Assembly (NCBI GenBank): GCA_905182485.1
Contig: CAJJBO010000007.1
Coordinates: 63,097-127,096 of the forward strand
Source: an uncultured Luminiphilus sp.
GTDB lineage: Bacteria > Pseudomonadota > Gammaproteobacteria > Pseudomonadales > Halieaceae
Length of the DNA stretch: 64,000 nucleotides
Direction: 5' to 3'
The position numbers were made by a program, and so were the translations under genes. Below the pieces are notes generated by a model that saw only the letters and a list, made by a program, of their open reading frames with translations, was not told where the DNA came from and did not search any database. Position 1 is the stretch's first letter; the number at the start of each line of letters is the position of its first letter. Shown here in pieces: positions 47,977 through 58,523 of this stretch.

Positions 47977-48255
47977 CTACAGGCGGCCGTAATCGTTCCA
48001 TCGGTAAGCGGTCATGTGCGACACACCGATCAGGCGCGCGGCCTCGCTCAGTGTGGCGCCCCGCTCGAGATGAGTGTGTAGCGCCTTTAATCTTCGGTGA
48101 TGCTCTAAATCGTATATTTGTGCATCAGACAGTTGGCGATCGCAATCCGTCGATCCAATAGCCATGTTTTCCGCGAAGCTCTCGTTCACGCTGGGTTTTT
48201 TAAGCGCTGGTTTTCGCTCGTCACGGAACTCACTCAAATTAACTATCACGGTCAT
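47977..48255 (-). CDS. Small protein with C-terminal helix-turn-helix
   Basis: GATLSEAARLIGVSHMTAYRW; N-terminus VIVNLSEFR. Confidence 0.6.
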   Translation of the reverse strand: MTVIVNLSEFRDERKPALKKPSVNESFAENMAIGSTDCDRQLSDAQIYDLEHHRRLKALHTHLERGATLSEAARLIGVSHMTAYRWNDYGRL

Positions 48256-48434
48256 CGCACTTTTTTTTGGTAGGGCTTGTAGGTACGACACCCCGGCGTT
48301 TTGGATCAACTACCGTTAAATGGGGTCATTTGTGGCCGGATTAACGAGGCCATTTGCTGCGAGATGACTGTTTTGTCGAGTGAAGTAGGCGCCGAAACCG
48401 CAAAAAAAGACCAACGTCGGCTGATTCGCGTTAC

Positions 48435-49505
48435 CTAAAGTCCGGTGCTGGTCTGAATGATCTCCGCCGAGTTCGCAGGCAGGCTAAAGGAGACGCCGTC
48501 GTAGCCTACCGTGTAGTCAGGAAAAATAGCCTCCGCCCCGTTGAGCCATAGCGCCTCTTGTCCGGGTAGAACGATGGGCGGTACCACGTGGTAATACAGC
48601 AGGTGCCCAACGCCCGCATCGCGGGCGGTTTCCGCCGCCTCGACGGGGCTTGCGTGATAATCCAGTACGTCGAAAAATATCTTAGAGAGAATCTGATTGC
48701 CGAGGCTGTCTGCCGTGTCACGCATCATAGTCATGAGGTTCGGCGCCAGCGCCTCGTGCACCAGCAAATCGACGCCTTGTGCAAAGCGTTTCACGTTCTC
48801 TGATTGTGCCGTGTCCCCGGTAATGAGCGCGGTACGTTGCCCGTAACTAAAGAGGTAGCCCACCGCAGGTGAGACCGGAGCATGATCGACTTGAAGGGCT
48901 TGAACGACTAGGCCGGCGTCATCGAAGACCGTGGTTATGACGCCCTCTGGCGGCGCTTTAAAAGGCATTGCCGTGATACCGGCTGCAGAAAGCGGCGCAA
49001 CTTGATCGCCATGGTGATCATGCCGGTAGGTAAAATCTTGAGCATAGGCAGCGTTAAAGCCGTCGACCACCCTCGCTACGCCCTCAGGGCCGTACACCGG
49101 CAGCGGCAGCGTGTGGTTGCTAGTAGCCCAGCGCGCAGTGGCCAGCTCTCCCAGGCCATCAATGTGATCTGAGTGGAAATGAGTGAGAAACACCGCGGCG
49201 ACCTGGCTAGCGGGATACCCCATTCGTCCTAAATTGCGGGCTCCATCGGTGCCGGTATCGACAATAAAAAGCTGGTCGCCTGCCACGACCGCCACGCAGG
49301 GGCCTGAAGCGCGGGGTGCGGGGAAGGGTCCACCAGCGCCGCAAAGCGCGATATGCAGCCCATCTTCAAGCGCTGCAACGCGGTTTGCGCCTAACTGATT
49401 GGGTAGCGCGACTTTGAGCAGCGCTTCTGTTATCGACGCCCTCTGCGAATAACCGGCGAGCAGAAGAATACCCAAGATAGTGGCAGCAATGGTGACTTTT
49501 TTCAT
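48435..49505 (-). CDS. MBL-fold metallo-hydrolase (RNase Z/AtsA-like) with N-terminal anchor
   Basis: LTHFHSDHIDGL, TGDT, LLVHEA, DYHAS; start MKKVTIA. Confidence 0.85.
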   Translation of the reverse strand: MKKVTIAATILGILLLAGYSQRASITEALLKVALPNQLGANRVAALEDGLHIALCGAGGPFPAPRASGPCVAVVAGDQLFIVDTGTDGARNLGRMGYPASQVAAVFLTHFHSDHIDGLGELATARWATSNHTLPLPVYGPEGVARVVDGFNAAYAQDFTYRHDHHGDQVAPLSAAGITAMPFKAPPEGVITTVFDDAGLVVQALQVDHAPVSPAVGYLFSYGQRTALITGDTAQSENVKRFAQGVDLLVHEALAPNLMTMMRDTADSLGNQILSKIFFDVLDYHASPVEAAETARDAGVGHLLYYHVVPPIVLPGQEALWLNGAEAIFPDYTVGYDGVSFSLPANSAEIIQTSTGL

Positions 49506-49572
49506 GCCGGAATTCCTTTTTCGGGGAGTATTGCGCTCTCTGTAGTATCTGCTATGGTAATCAGCTCCAAAT

Positions 49573-49589
49573 TGGCAGTAACACTGCCA
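49573..49589. promoter_or_regulatory. Perfect 7-3-7 palindrome TGGCAGT-AAC-ACTGCCA in a divergent promoter
   Basis: Direct reading; lies between the MBL hydrolase and the TonB receptor. Confidence 0.65.
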
Positions 49590-49737
49590 CATGTTAAGTT
49601 TTTAAGTCAAATGGCAACAGCACAACACCAATAATTCACTATAAAGATGCAATGAGTTGAAGCAGAGTCTAAAAATCACCCTTTGTTTTTAGCCGAAGCG
49701 AAAATAAAAATGAACAGGTTTTAAAAAGGATCCCACA

Positions 49738-52422
49738 ATGATGAAAACATTTGCAAAAGTAGCCCTCAGCGCAGCAATCGCTAGTGTGTCGGTGACGGCA
49801 GCCGGTCAGGCGCTAGAAGAAGTGGTTGTGACCGCACAGAAGCGGGTCGAAAGCCTTCAAGACGTGCCAATTTCAGTGACCGCAATTAGCGGGGAGCAAA
49901 TTCAGGACGCGTCGATACGCAGTCTTCAGGAACTGGGAACGTATGTTCCTAACTTCTCGGTAGCAGAGAACCCGGTCAATACTATTATCACGATGCGCGG
50001 CATCTCCATTGGTTCAAACCAGTCTTTTGAGCAATCTGTTGGTTTGTTTCTGGACGGCGTGTATCTAGGCCGGAGTCGCCAATCGCGGCTTGGCTTGTTT
50101 GATTTAGAGCAGGTGGAGGTGCTGCGTGGACCTCAAGGCATTTTGTTCGGGAAGAATACGCTGGCGGGCGCGATTAACGTTCGATCTGCGGCGCCAAAAG
50201 TTGGCGAAGGCCTATCTGGCCGCGTTGCCGCCAGTTTCGAAAGTGATAACGGTGAATATTTTGAAGGGCATATCAGTGGTAGTTTGACTGACACCGTCGC
50301 GATGAGACTTTCAGTGATGGATCGAACTATCGACGGCTACCTGAAAAACGCCGCCCCGAATGCAGCCTACAGTGCGCAGCCATCAACTGATGAGACCATT
50401 GCTCGGATTGGTTTCCAGTGGGAGCCCTCCGAGGCGACCTCTGTGGGTGTGCGGTATACCTACGGCGACTATAAAAGAATTGGCACTAACTCTGCGGTGA
50501 CGACTTTTTCCCCCACTTTGGTTGATGCCAATGGTGATGGAACCCGCGAGACGCCCTTTGTGCCGGCTTCTAACGGTGCAATGTACGCGGTAATGGGCAT
50601 AGCCTACCCCGGTTTTAATGCATCAACCTATGCGAATAATAGCTCCCGCGATACTTACTACGATGGGCTATCTATCGGCGGAACAGCGGCGCTCAACGGG
50701 GGCAATGGCCCGGAGCGACTCGCAGGCACCGATACCGAGAACCATGAATTTTCGCTGAATATTGAGCACGAGTATGGCAACGGCATGACGCTGAGCTCGG
50801 TGACCGGCTGGTCGCAATATGAATACGCCGACGGTATCGAAGCAGACTTTTTGCCCGTCGAATTCATTGGACGCAGCGACGATTCAGAGTTTGATCAGTT
50901 CAGCCAAGAATTCCGTCTCGCATCGGACCTCGATGGCGCATTCAGCTGGGTTGCCGGCGCTAACTACATTGAGTCCTCGCAGGAAATCGATCGGATGGTG
51001 TCTGTCGATGGCACCTTTGGACAGCCAGGAGTTGTGGCTGCTATTGCGGGACTACCCACTATTTTGGCTTACAGCCCCGCTCAGCTAGCAGGTATCGCAG
51101 GGGCTTTCGGTTTGCCGCCGCAGGCGCTGCCACCGGGCGCAGAGGGTCTTTCAATGTGGTCTCGGATCGGCAGACTGTCCACCTGGACTCAGGATACCGA
51201 GTCTTGGGCCGTGTTTTTGCAAGGTACCTTTAACATCACTGATAACCTCAGTATCACTGCAGGCATACGCTATACCGAAGAAACTAAAGAGGCGGTAGCA
51301 CAAACGTGGCTGAACGATACAACGCAAGGGCTAGCCACAAAAACTGCAGACCCGTCTTTGAACCCTGCGGAGATCGGTAACCTCTTGCAACAGGAGCTCC
51401 AGGGGTCGTTCTTCGATAGCTGGGCGCATGCTTTTGATGAGGACCGCAAAACGGATCAAACCATCCCCGCGGTGACGATTAATTGGACACGATCAGATGA
51501 CAGCATGTTCTACCTAAGCTATTCAGAAGGCTTTAAGAGTGGTGGCTTCAACGCTGTGGACGACCAGAATCCGATACTCGTATCGTCACCAGCATGCCCG
51601 CTTCAGAACTTGCCGGGTTGTATAGACAGGAACACACCCGCCACAGGCTTTGAGTACGACGATGAAACAGCCTGGTCATTTGAAGTGGGTGGTAAGCACA
51701 CTTTCCTTGACGGCCGCATGAGGTTGAATTGGGCGTACTTTAACAGCGAGTACGACGACCAGCAGGTATCGACTTTCGTCGGTTTGGGATTCGTGGTGAC
51801 CAACGCCGCCAGTACAGAAATCTCTGGTTTCGAACTCGATGGCGCGTTCCAAGTAACCGATAAACTGCGTTTGAACATGTCTGTGGGCACGGTGGACGGC
51901 GAGTATGGCTCCTTTCCCGGTGCCGCGTGTACGGCGTTGCAGACTTCTGATATTGAGTTCCTTAACTTTGCGACGGGTGGCCTGACACCCAACTCACCCA
52001 ACGTGTCATCTGTAGATGGACGATGCTCAATGGGCTTCAATTCGGCCGGTGGGCAAACAGGCGTTTCACAGGATCTATCGGGGCGAGAACTCGGTACCTC
52101 TAAATACAGTGGCTCATTTGGTGCTGAATACAATCAGCCGGTAGGCTCAATGATCTGGTTCACTCAGTTGGACGTGAACTTTTTCGACGATTTCATTTTC
52201 ACCGGCGATCTTGATGAGGTTGATTTTCAAGAGGGCACTGAGCTGATTAATATTCGCACGGGCCTTCGTGGCGAAAATTGGATGTTGATGCTCTATGGAC
52301 GTAATGTCACTGATGAGAGCGTCGCGAACGGTGGTGCTGACGTGCCGTTAGCGCGCGGATCGCATATGCGATATCTCAATCGAGGCGAAGTGTTCGGTAT
52401 TCAGGCGGCCTGGGAGTTTTAA
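49738..52422 (+). CDS. TonB-dependent outer membrane receptor
   Basis: LEEVVVTAQKR, EQVEVLRGPQGILFGKN, GFKSGGFN, C-terminal GIQAAWEF. Confidence 0.95.
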   Translation: MMKTFAKVALSAAIASVSVTAAGQALEEVVVTAQKRVESLQDVPISVTAISGEQIQDASIRSLQELGTYVPNFSVAENPVNTIITMRGISIGSNQSFEQSVGLFLDGVYLGRSRQSRLGLFDLEQVEVLRGPQGILFGKNTLAGAINVRSAAPKVGEGLSGRVAASFESDNGEYFEGHISGSLTDTVAMRLSVMDRTIDGYLKNAAPNAAYSAQPSTDETIARIGFQWEPSEATSVGVRYTYGDYKRIGTNSAVTTFSPTLVDANGDGTRETPFVPASNGAMYAVMGIAYPGFNASTYANNSSRDTYYDGLSIGGTAALNGGNGPERLAGTDTENHEFSLNIEHEYGNGMTLSSVTGWSQYEYADGIEADFLPVEFIGRSDDSEFDQFSQEFRLASDLDGAFSWVAGANYIESSQEIDRMVSVDGTFGQPGVVAAIAGLPTILAYSPAQLAGIAGAFGLPPQALPPGAEGLSMWSRIGRLSTWTQDTESWAVFLQGTFNITDNLSITAGIRYTEETKEAVAQTWLNDTTQGLATKTADPSLNPAEIGNLLQQELQGSFFDSWAHAFDEDRKTDQTIPAVTINWTRSDDSMFYLSYSEGFKSGGFNAVDDQNPILVSSPACPLQNLPGCIDRNTPATGFEYDDETAWSFEVGGKHTFLDGRMRLNWAYFNSEYDDQQVSTFVGLGFVVTNAASTEISGFELDGAFQVTDKLRLNMSVGTVDGEYGSFPGAACTALQTSDIEFLNFATGGLTPNSPNVSSVDGRCSMGFNSAGGQTGVSQDLSGRELGTSKYSGSFGAEYNQPVGSMIWFTQLDVNFFDDFIFTGDLDEVDFQEGTELINIRTGLRGENWMLMLYGRNVTDESVANGGADVPLARGSHMRYLNRGEVFGIQAAWEF

Positions 52423-52442
52423 CTCCAGGTAGTGTGATTGAT

Positions 52443-52474
52443 AAAAAAGGGCGGCTTAGGCGGCCCTTTTTTTT
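52443..52474 (+). terminator. Rho-independent terminator
   Basis: A6-GGGCGGC-TTAG-GCGGCCC-T8 (one mismatch in the stem). Confidence 0.8.
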
Positions 52475-52747
52475 GCTTCGAGTTTTTACTTTGAGCAAGA
52501 CGCGCGGGCTGTGACGGATTGCAAAGCGTTGCGTGTGCTGACCGTTTGTAAGGCTCAGTCGCGTTGCGCGTATCTGATGGGTAGTGATTCAATCGCCTTA
52601 TGCAATGACGAGTCGACTTAAATCAAGAGTAAGATAGTGAACAGCGGTTCGCTGGTCCTCGCTGTTCTGTTGGCGTGGTTGATTCCACTCGCGTGTTGAT
52701 GGAGTCGGGCGATGGCAGGCAACGTTGAACAGAAAACGGGAGTTAAA

Positions 52748-53836
52748 ATGGCACTGACCGAGATTTGGGTCGACCGCAGCGATTATCGTTGTACTAAAAC
52801 GATCCACGGCGAAATACCGCAAGCGGGCGACGGGCAGATTGCGGTGGCCATTGATAAATTCGCGCTTACGGCGAATAACGTGACCTATGCCGCCTCTGGA
52901 GATCTACTCGGTTATTGGCAGTTCTACCCTACCGCTGAGGAGCCTTGGGGCAAAGTCACGGTCTGGGGGATTGCCGAGGTGATCGACAGTCAGGTATCCG
53001 ATATTCGCGTTGGGGAGCGCCTGTACGGCTTTTTCCCGATGAGTAGCCATTTGCTCATGGCCCCCGGCGAGATATCCGACAGTGGTTTTGTCGATACACT
53101 GGTGCATCGGCAGGGACTGCCGAGTCTTTATAACCAGTATGCACGCACGCAGTCCGAATCGCGTGAGCTTCGAGAGATAGAAGATCAGCGTTGTATTTTC
53201 TTCCCGCTATTCATGACGGGCTTCGTGATCGCCGATTTGCTCTCGGATAACCACTGGTTCGATGCAGAGCAGATTGTGGTCGGCTCGGCGTCCTCTAAGA
53301 CGGGTTTTAGTGCTGCCGAATTTATCAAACGGGCAGGCTTTGAGGGCAGCCTGGTGGGCTTGACGGGTCCGCAGAACGTGTCGTTTGTCGAGACGCTGGA
53401 TTGCTACGACAGCGTGCTCGCCTATACGGACATCGATGCACTCGAGAACAAAGCAACGGTCTATATCGATATTGCGGGCGATGTGGCGGTGCGATCTCGT
53501 CTTCACCATTACCTCGCGGATAACGCGCAACAAACCTTGATGGTCGGCGCAACCCACTGGGATCAATTTGGCAAATCCGTTGAGGGCGGCGCATTGCCCG
53601 GCGCCCAGCCCGAAATGTTCTTTGCGCCTGCCCAGATTGAAAAACGAGATGCTGAATGGGGGCGCGGTGTCATCATGCGTCAGGCTTACGCAGCCAGTAT
53701 GCAGCTGCTGCAACGACTATCACCCTTGCTCACCATAGAGCATCATGCAGGTGCAGAGGCCTGTGTGGAGCTGTGGCAGGCGCTGTTGGATAATCAGGTG
53801 TCCGGTCAACGCGGTGTAATGATGACATTGAGGTAA
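52748..53836 (+). CDS. DUF2855 family protein
   Basis: FALTANNVTY, YGFFPMSSH, SASSKT, VGATHW, FFAP. Confidence 0.8.
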   Translation: MALTEIWVDRSDYRCTKTIHGEIPQAGDGQIAVAIDKFALTANNVTYAASGDLLGYWQFYPTAEEPWGKVTVWGIAEVIDSQVSDIRVGERLYGFFPMSSHLLMAPGEISDSGFVDTLVHRQGLPSLYNQYARTQSESRELREIEDQRCIFFPLFMTGFVIADLLSDNHWFDAEQIVVGSASSKTGFSAAEFIKRAGFEGSLVGLTGPQNVSFVETLDCYDSVLAYTDIDALENKATVYIDIAGDVAVRSRLHHYLADNAQQTLMVGATHWDQFGKSVEGGALPGAQPEMFFAPAQIEKRDAEWGRGVIMRQAYAASMQLLQRLSPLLTIEHHAGAEACVELWQALLDNQVSGQRGVMMTLR

Positions 53837-53897
53837 GATCACGCTGTCTCATTCGTCGTGCAGCAAGGAGCTAGTGCGTGCGTTCCGGTAAACCGTC

Positions 53898-54749
53898 ATG
53901 AAACCACTCATTGTTATCGTTCTTGCCGTGATGTTGCCATGCTCCATCGCCGCACTCGCTAATCCATCGGGCGTCATGCTTTTGGGATGGCCGGCACTAC
54001 TCGTATTGGCAGTGGGCGCCTACTGTTTGCAGTGGATAGCTTTTATACCGGCGCGAATAGGGGAGACCGAGCGATTTTATGATCTGACAGGGTCCCTCAC
54101 TTATGTGGTGGTCACGCTGTTAGCTGTAGTGGTATCGCCTTCAACAACCTGGCCCCAGTGGGTGGTGGCAGCACTGGTGATTATTTGGGCGGGGCGATTA
54201 GGTCGCTTTTTATTCGAACGGATTCATCAGGCTGGTGGCGATCAGCGCTTCGATCACATCAAGGGGTCGTCTTCTCGTTTTTTGGTGGCGTGGACGCTAC
54301 AGGGCGCTTGGGTAGTGATGACGAGTTGCGCCGCTGTCACCGTTATTTTGAGCTCGGCTCAACCGCCAGTAGGGGTGATCTATGCAGTGGGTGCGATGTG
54401 TTGGTTGGTTGGCTTTACGGTGGAAGTGGTAGCCGATCGTCAGAAATCACAGTTTCGTGCTGATCCGCGCAACGAGGGATCTTTTATTAACACGGGGTTG
54501 TGGGCGCGTTCGCGTCACCCCAACTATTTTGGCGAAATTTTGCTGTGGAGCGGTATCGCTGTGATGGCGGTGCCGTACCTGTCGGGTGCGCAGTGGGTGG
54601 TCTTATTATCACCCCTATTCGTGTATGGACTGTTAACGCGGGTGAGCGGTATCCCAACGCTTGCACGCCGTGGCCAGCAATTGTGGGGGGACGACCCTAG
54701 CTATCAATCCTACTTGGCGCAAACGCCAAGACTGATACCACGGCTTTAG
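53898..54749 (+). CDS. DUF1295 / steroid 5-alpha reductase-like membrane protein
   Basis: FYDLTGS, DQRF, ADRQK, GLWARSRHPNYFGE. Confidence 0.85.
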   Translation: MKPLIVIVLAVMLPCSIAALANPSGVMLLGWPALLVLAVGAYCLQWIAFIPARIGETERFYDLTGSLTYVVVTLLAVVVSPSTTWPQWVVAALVIIWAGRLGRFLFERIHQAGGDQRFDHIKGSSSRFLVAWTLQGAWVVMTSCAAVTVILSSAQPPVGVIYAVGAMCWLVGFTVEVVADRQKSQFRADPRNEGSFINTGLWARSRHPNYFGEILLWSGIAVMAVPYLSGAQWVVLLSPLFVYGLLTRVSGIPTLARRGQQLWGDDPSYQSYLAQTPRLIPRL

Positions 54750-54937
54750 AACGATATGGCAGCGGCTTTTTAAAGGGAACCGCGTGAGTTGTGCTCACGC
54801 TATCCCGCGCAGCGCACTTGCCATTGTTGACGGTATAGCAGCGCGAAGCTGGTGACGTGTTGCACAATAGGATGATCAAAATAAGGGTAAACGGAGCACT
54901 TAATATGAACCCCATCATCGTGACAACGCGCAAGGTC

Positions 54938-55321
54938 ATGAAGGCTATAGGCATCACCTTAATGCTGTGTCTGCCCGTGGAGTTTGCTCAGGCGGAAGAT
55001 GCTTTGGCAGGATTTTGGCAGCATGAATCGAATCCGGTCTGGCTAGCAATGCAGCCCAATGAAGGGGTAGCAATCATGGTGCGTAATGATGATCGTCCGG
55101 ATAGGGTGGGGTTTAAGGTGGTGACGGATCTCGTCGAGACTGGCAAGGCCAACCAATGGTCAGGCCAGGTATTTGCGGCGCAGCTTGGCGAGTATCGCGA
55201 CGCGACCATTACGCTGAAAAACGAGAACCGTATGGCGTTGACCGTTAAAGTGGGGTTTGTGCGCCGCACGGTAGAATGGCAGCGTGTCGACGCGGTGCCT
55301 GATGGGTCAACCGCCGAGTAA
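54938..55321 (+). CDS. DUF2147-like secreted protein
   Basis: Signal peptide, LAGFWQ, WSGQVF, VGFVRRTVEWQRV. Confidence 0.6.
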   Translation: MKAIGITLMLCLPVEFAQAEDALAGFWQHESNPVWLAMQPNEGVAIMVRNDDRPDRVGFKVVTDLVETGKANQWSGQVFAAQLGEYRDATITLKNENRMALTVKVGFVRRTVEWQRVDAVPDGSTAE

Positions 55322-55385
55322 GCACTGCGCAACAAGATCACAAAATCAACAGACTGGCAGTTATGCTGTCATACAGAGAGGCATC

Positions 55386-57319
55386 ATGATGAAACAGCTA
55401 GCTGCTTGGTGTTCACTTTGCTGGCTTTGACCACCGCCTGCACTGAAGAGGTGGGGTTGATTGATGAGGATTCTAATTTTGGCGGTCGAGGCGGTGGCCG
55501 CAACACCGCGCTTGACCCGGTCATGGATATTGTCGATTTGACGCCGCCGCCGGCGAACCCATTGCGCAATGCCTATTTCGGCGATCTGCACGTCCACACC
55601 GAATACTCGTTCGACGCCTATAACTTCGGGACGACAGCAACGCCCTACGATGCCTATCGATTTGCACAAGGCGCATCGATCGAGCACCCCGGGGGATATC
55701 AAATTCAGATGGCCACACCGCTGGATTTCTATGCGGTCACAGATCACGCCATGTTTTTGGGTTTGGCGCTGGAGGCAGGGGATACCACCACGCCTTTTTC
55801 GCAGTACCCGGTCTCCCAGAATCTGCATAACCTCAATGCCGACGATAATAAAGGCGTGTGGAGCCTACTGAGTCGTATTACTAACTTTGCTGCTTTTATT
55901 CCCGATACATTAGCCGGGATTCTCGCCGGTGAGATCTCGGAGGAGATGGCAACCGGTGTGACGCGACGAGCCTGGGCAGATATCATCAATGCGGCCGAGC
56001 AATACAACGACCCCGGCCACTTCACCACGTTTGTCGCCTACGAATATACGTCCTCTACCGATGATGTCGGTAACCTACATCGTAATGTCATTTTTAGAGG
56101 ATCGGATAAATTACCCGCGGTGCCCTTTTCCCGGCTGAACTCACAAAACCCGGAAGGTTTGTGGGATTGGATGGATACCTTGCGCGCTCAAGGTATCGAG
56201 AGCCTTGCGATCCCCCATAATTCAAATGGCTCTAATGGGCAGATGTTCAAGCTGGTGGATTGGGCGGGTAATCCAATGGACGATGCCTACGCCGATCAGC
56301 GCATGCGCAATGAGCCGATCGTAGAAATCACTCAGAGTCAAAGGCACCTCGGATACGCATCCTTTGCTCTCACCCAATGATGAATGGGCGGATTTTGAAA
56401 TCTACAATCTGCGGGTAGGGACGAGTTTGCCAAGCCAGCCGCAGGGTAGCTATGTGAGAGAGGCGCTGCGCCACGGTTTGAAGATGGACAAGGTTTTAAC
56501 CCTTTTAAATTTGGTGTTATTGGCTCCAGCGACACGCATAACGCTACCTATGCAGGCGATGAAGACGACTATTGGAGTAAAGTAGGGCTGCGCGATTCAA
56601 GCCCTTTACTTCGCGGTTCCGTGCCGCTCGAGACGCCGAATGAAGATGGCAGCGAATACGCTCTTAGTGCACAAAATACCTGGGGAGCCTCAGGCTTGGC
56701 AGGCGTGTGGGCCGAAGAAAATACGCGCGGGGCAATTTACGATGCCTTCCGCCGTAAAGAAACCTTTGGCACTACAGGCCCGCGCATGAAGGTACGCTTC
56801 TTCGCCGGCTACAATCTGCCTTCATTAGATGACCCCGCCCTGGTTAGCAAAGCCTACGAAGGCGGCGTCACCATGGGTGCAGATCTTATCGCCGAACAGG
56901 GCAATTCGCCGGAGTTTATTGCGTGGGTTGCCCGTGATGCGATGAGCGCGCCATTGCGGCTGCAAATCGTCAAAGGATGGGAGAAAAACGGCGAGACCTA
57001 CGAAGCGGTCTACGATGTGGCCTGCTCTGATGGTTTGCTGCCCGACCCTGAGACGCACCGGTGCCCCGATAACGGCGCGAAAGTGAACCTCGCTGACTGC
57101 AGTATCACCCAGGGTGTCGGCGCCACGGAATTGAAGGCCCTTTGGCAGGACCCGGATTATGATTCAGACAGTCGTGCTTTTTATTATTTGCGCGCCTTAG
57201 AAAATCCAACCTGTCGTTGGTCGACTTGGGATGCGCTGCGCGCCGGCGTGGAACCCAGGCCAGATTTGCACACGACGCTTCAGGAGCGTGTATGGAGTTC
57301 GCCCATTTGGGTGCGATGA
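55386..57319 (+). CDS. DUF3604 (PHP-like) lipoprotein, several frameshifts
   Basis: YFGDLHVHT, DFYAVTDH, NLHRNVIF, IPHNSNGSNG, GLAGVWAEENTR, FYYLRALENPTCRWS, QERVWSSPIW across ORFs 55406, 56364 and 56621. Confidence 0.85.
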
Positions 57320-57327
57320 GCTAGCGG

Positions 57328-58523
57328 TCAGCAGCGCTCTAATAACAGCGCGCTGCCGCTACCGGCAGCACCACTCGCTGCGACACACCACTGGTTAACT
57401 GTTGCCGGTGCAACTCATCGATCAGCGTGCCTGCCATGATAGCGCCAGTCGCGCCCATAGGGTGTCCCAGGGCGATAACACCGCCATTCACGTTCTGCTT
57501 GTCGGGTTCAATTTCTAGCGTGTGGCGCGCCTTTACGCAGGTCGCTGCAAACGCTTCGTGAACCTCGAAGAGATCGATACTGTGCGTTGAGCGCCGCTGC
57601 TCCTGCAGTAGTTTTTGCGCGGCCGTGACGCAGCCACTGACGACCTCCAGCGGTTCGGCACACGCAGTGGTACTGCTGACCAATCGCGCTTTGGGTTCAA
57701 TGCCCAGCGTTTTCCCCAACTGTTTATCTCCCATTAAGACCAGCGCGGCGGCGTCACACATGGCCGGGGAGTTGCCCGCCGTGTGCACATGCTGAATGGC
57801 GGTCAGTTCTGGAAACTTCTCAAGCTGCATGTGATCGGCGCCGGCTGCGCCGAGGGCAGCAAACGCGGGTGGCAGTGCGGCGAGCTGGTCAAGAGTGAGT
57901 GTTCCACGGACACACTCGTCTTGATCGATCCAGCCGTGTGAGGTTTCTATCGCAATGATTGACCTAAAGCGTCCTTCACGTTGTGCCTGTGCAGCGCGCT
58001 GCTGGCTTCGATGGGCTACTGCGTCACAGGCTTCACGAGACACACCGAGGCGAGTGGCTATTAAATCGGCACCACTGCCCATCAGCAGTATTTGGTGGGC
58101 GAGTGCGTAATCTGGATCGTTAAAGACCCGGGCGTGGTCTGACAGCATGGGCACGCGAGACATCATTTCGATGCCACCTGCCACCATTGCAGTGCTTTGC
58201 CCCGCAGCGATTTTCAAACCTGCCAGGGCAATGGCATCGACGCTTGATGAGCAGAATCGGTGCACCGTGAGACCTGCCACGCCCTCAGGCCAACCCGCAT
58301 AAAGCGCTGACGTCTTAGCGATATTGGCCGCTTGTTCTCCATGCTGGGTGACACATCCGAGGATGATTTCTGCGATACGATTGGGGTCTAGCTGATTGCG
58401 CGACGCTAGGGCGCCATAGAGCGGCTTTAACAGTTCAGGAGGGGTTAGTTCATGCAGGCCTCCACTCGGCTTGGCTTTGGTCCGGGCACTGCGAATCGCG
58501 TCGTAAATAAAGACCTCTTTCAC
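57328..58523 (-). CDS. Thiolase (acetyl-CoA C-acyltransferase), C-terminal frameshift
   Basis: HRFCSS, HTAGNS, HEAFA, NVNGGVIALGHPMGATG; corrected end GVVAASGAAGSGSALLLERC* at TGA 57328. Confidence 0.87.

Noticed and set aside
47977-48309. Insertion sequence
   Set aside because: It has an HTH only, with no DDE domain, terminal inverted repeats or target duplication seen.
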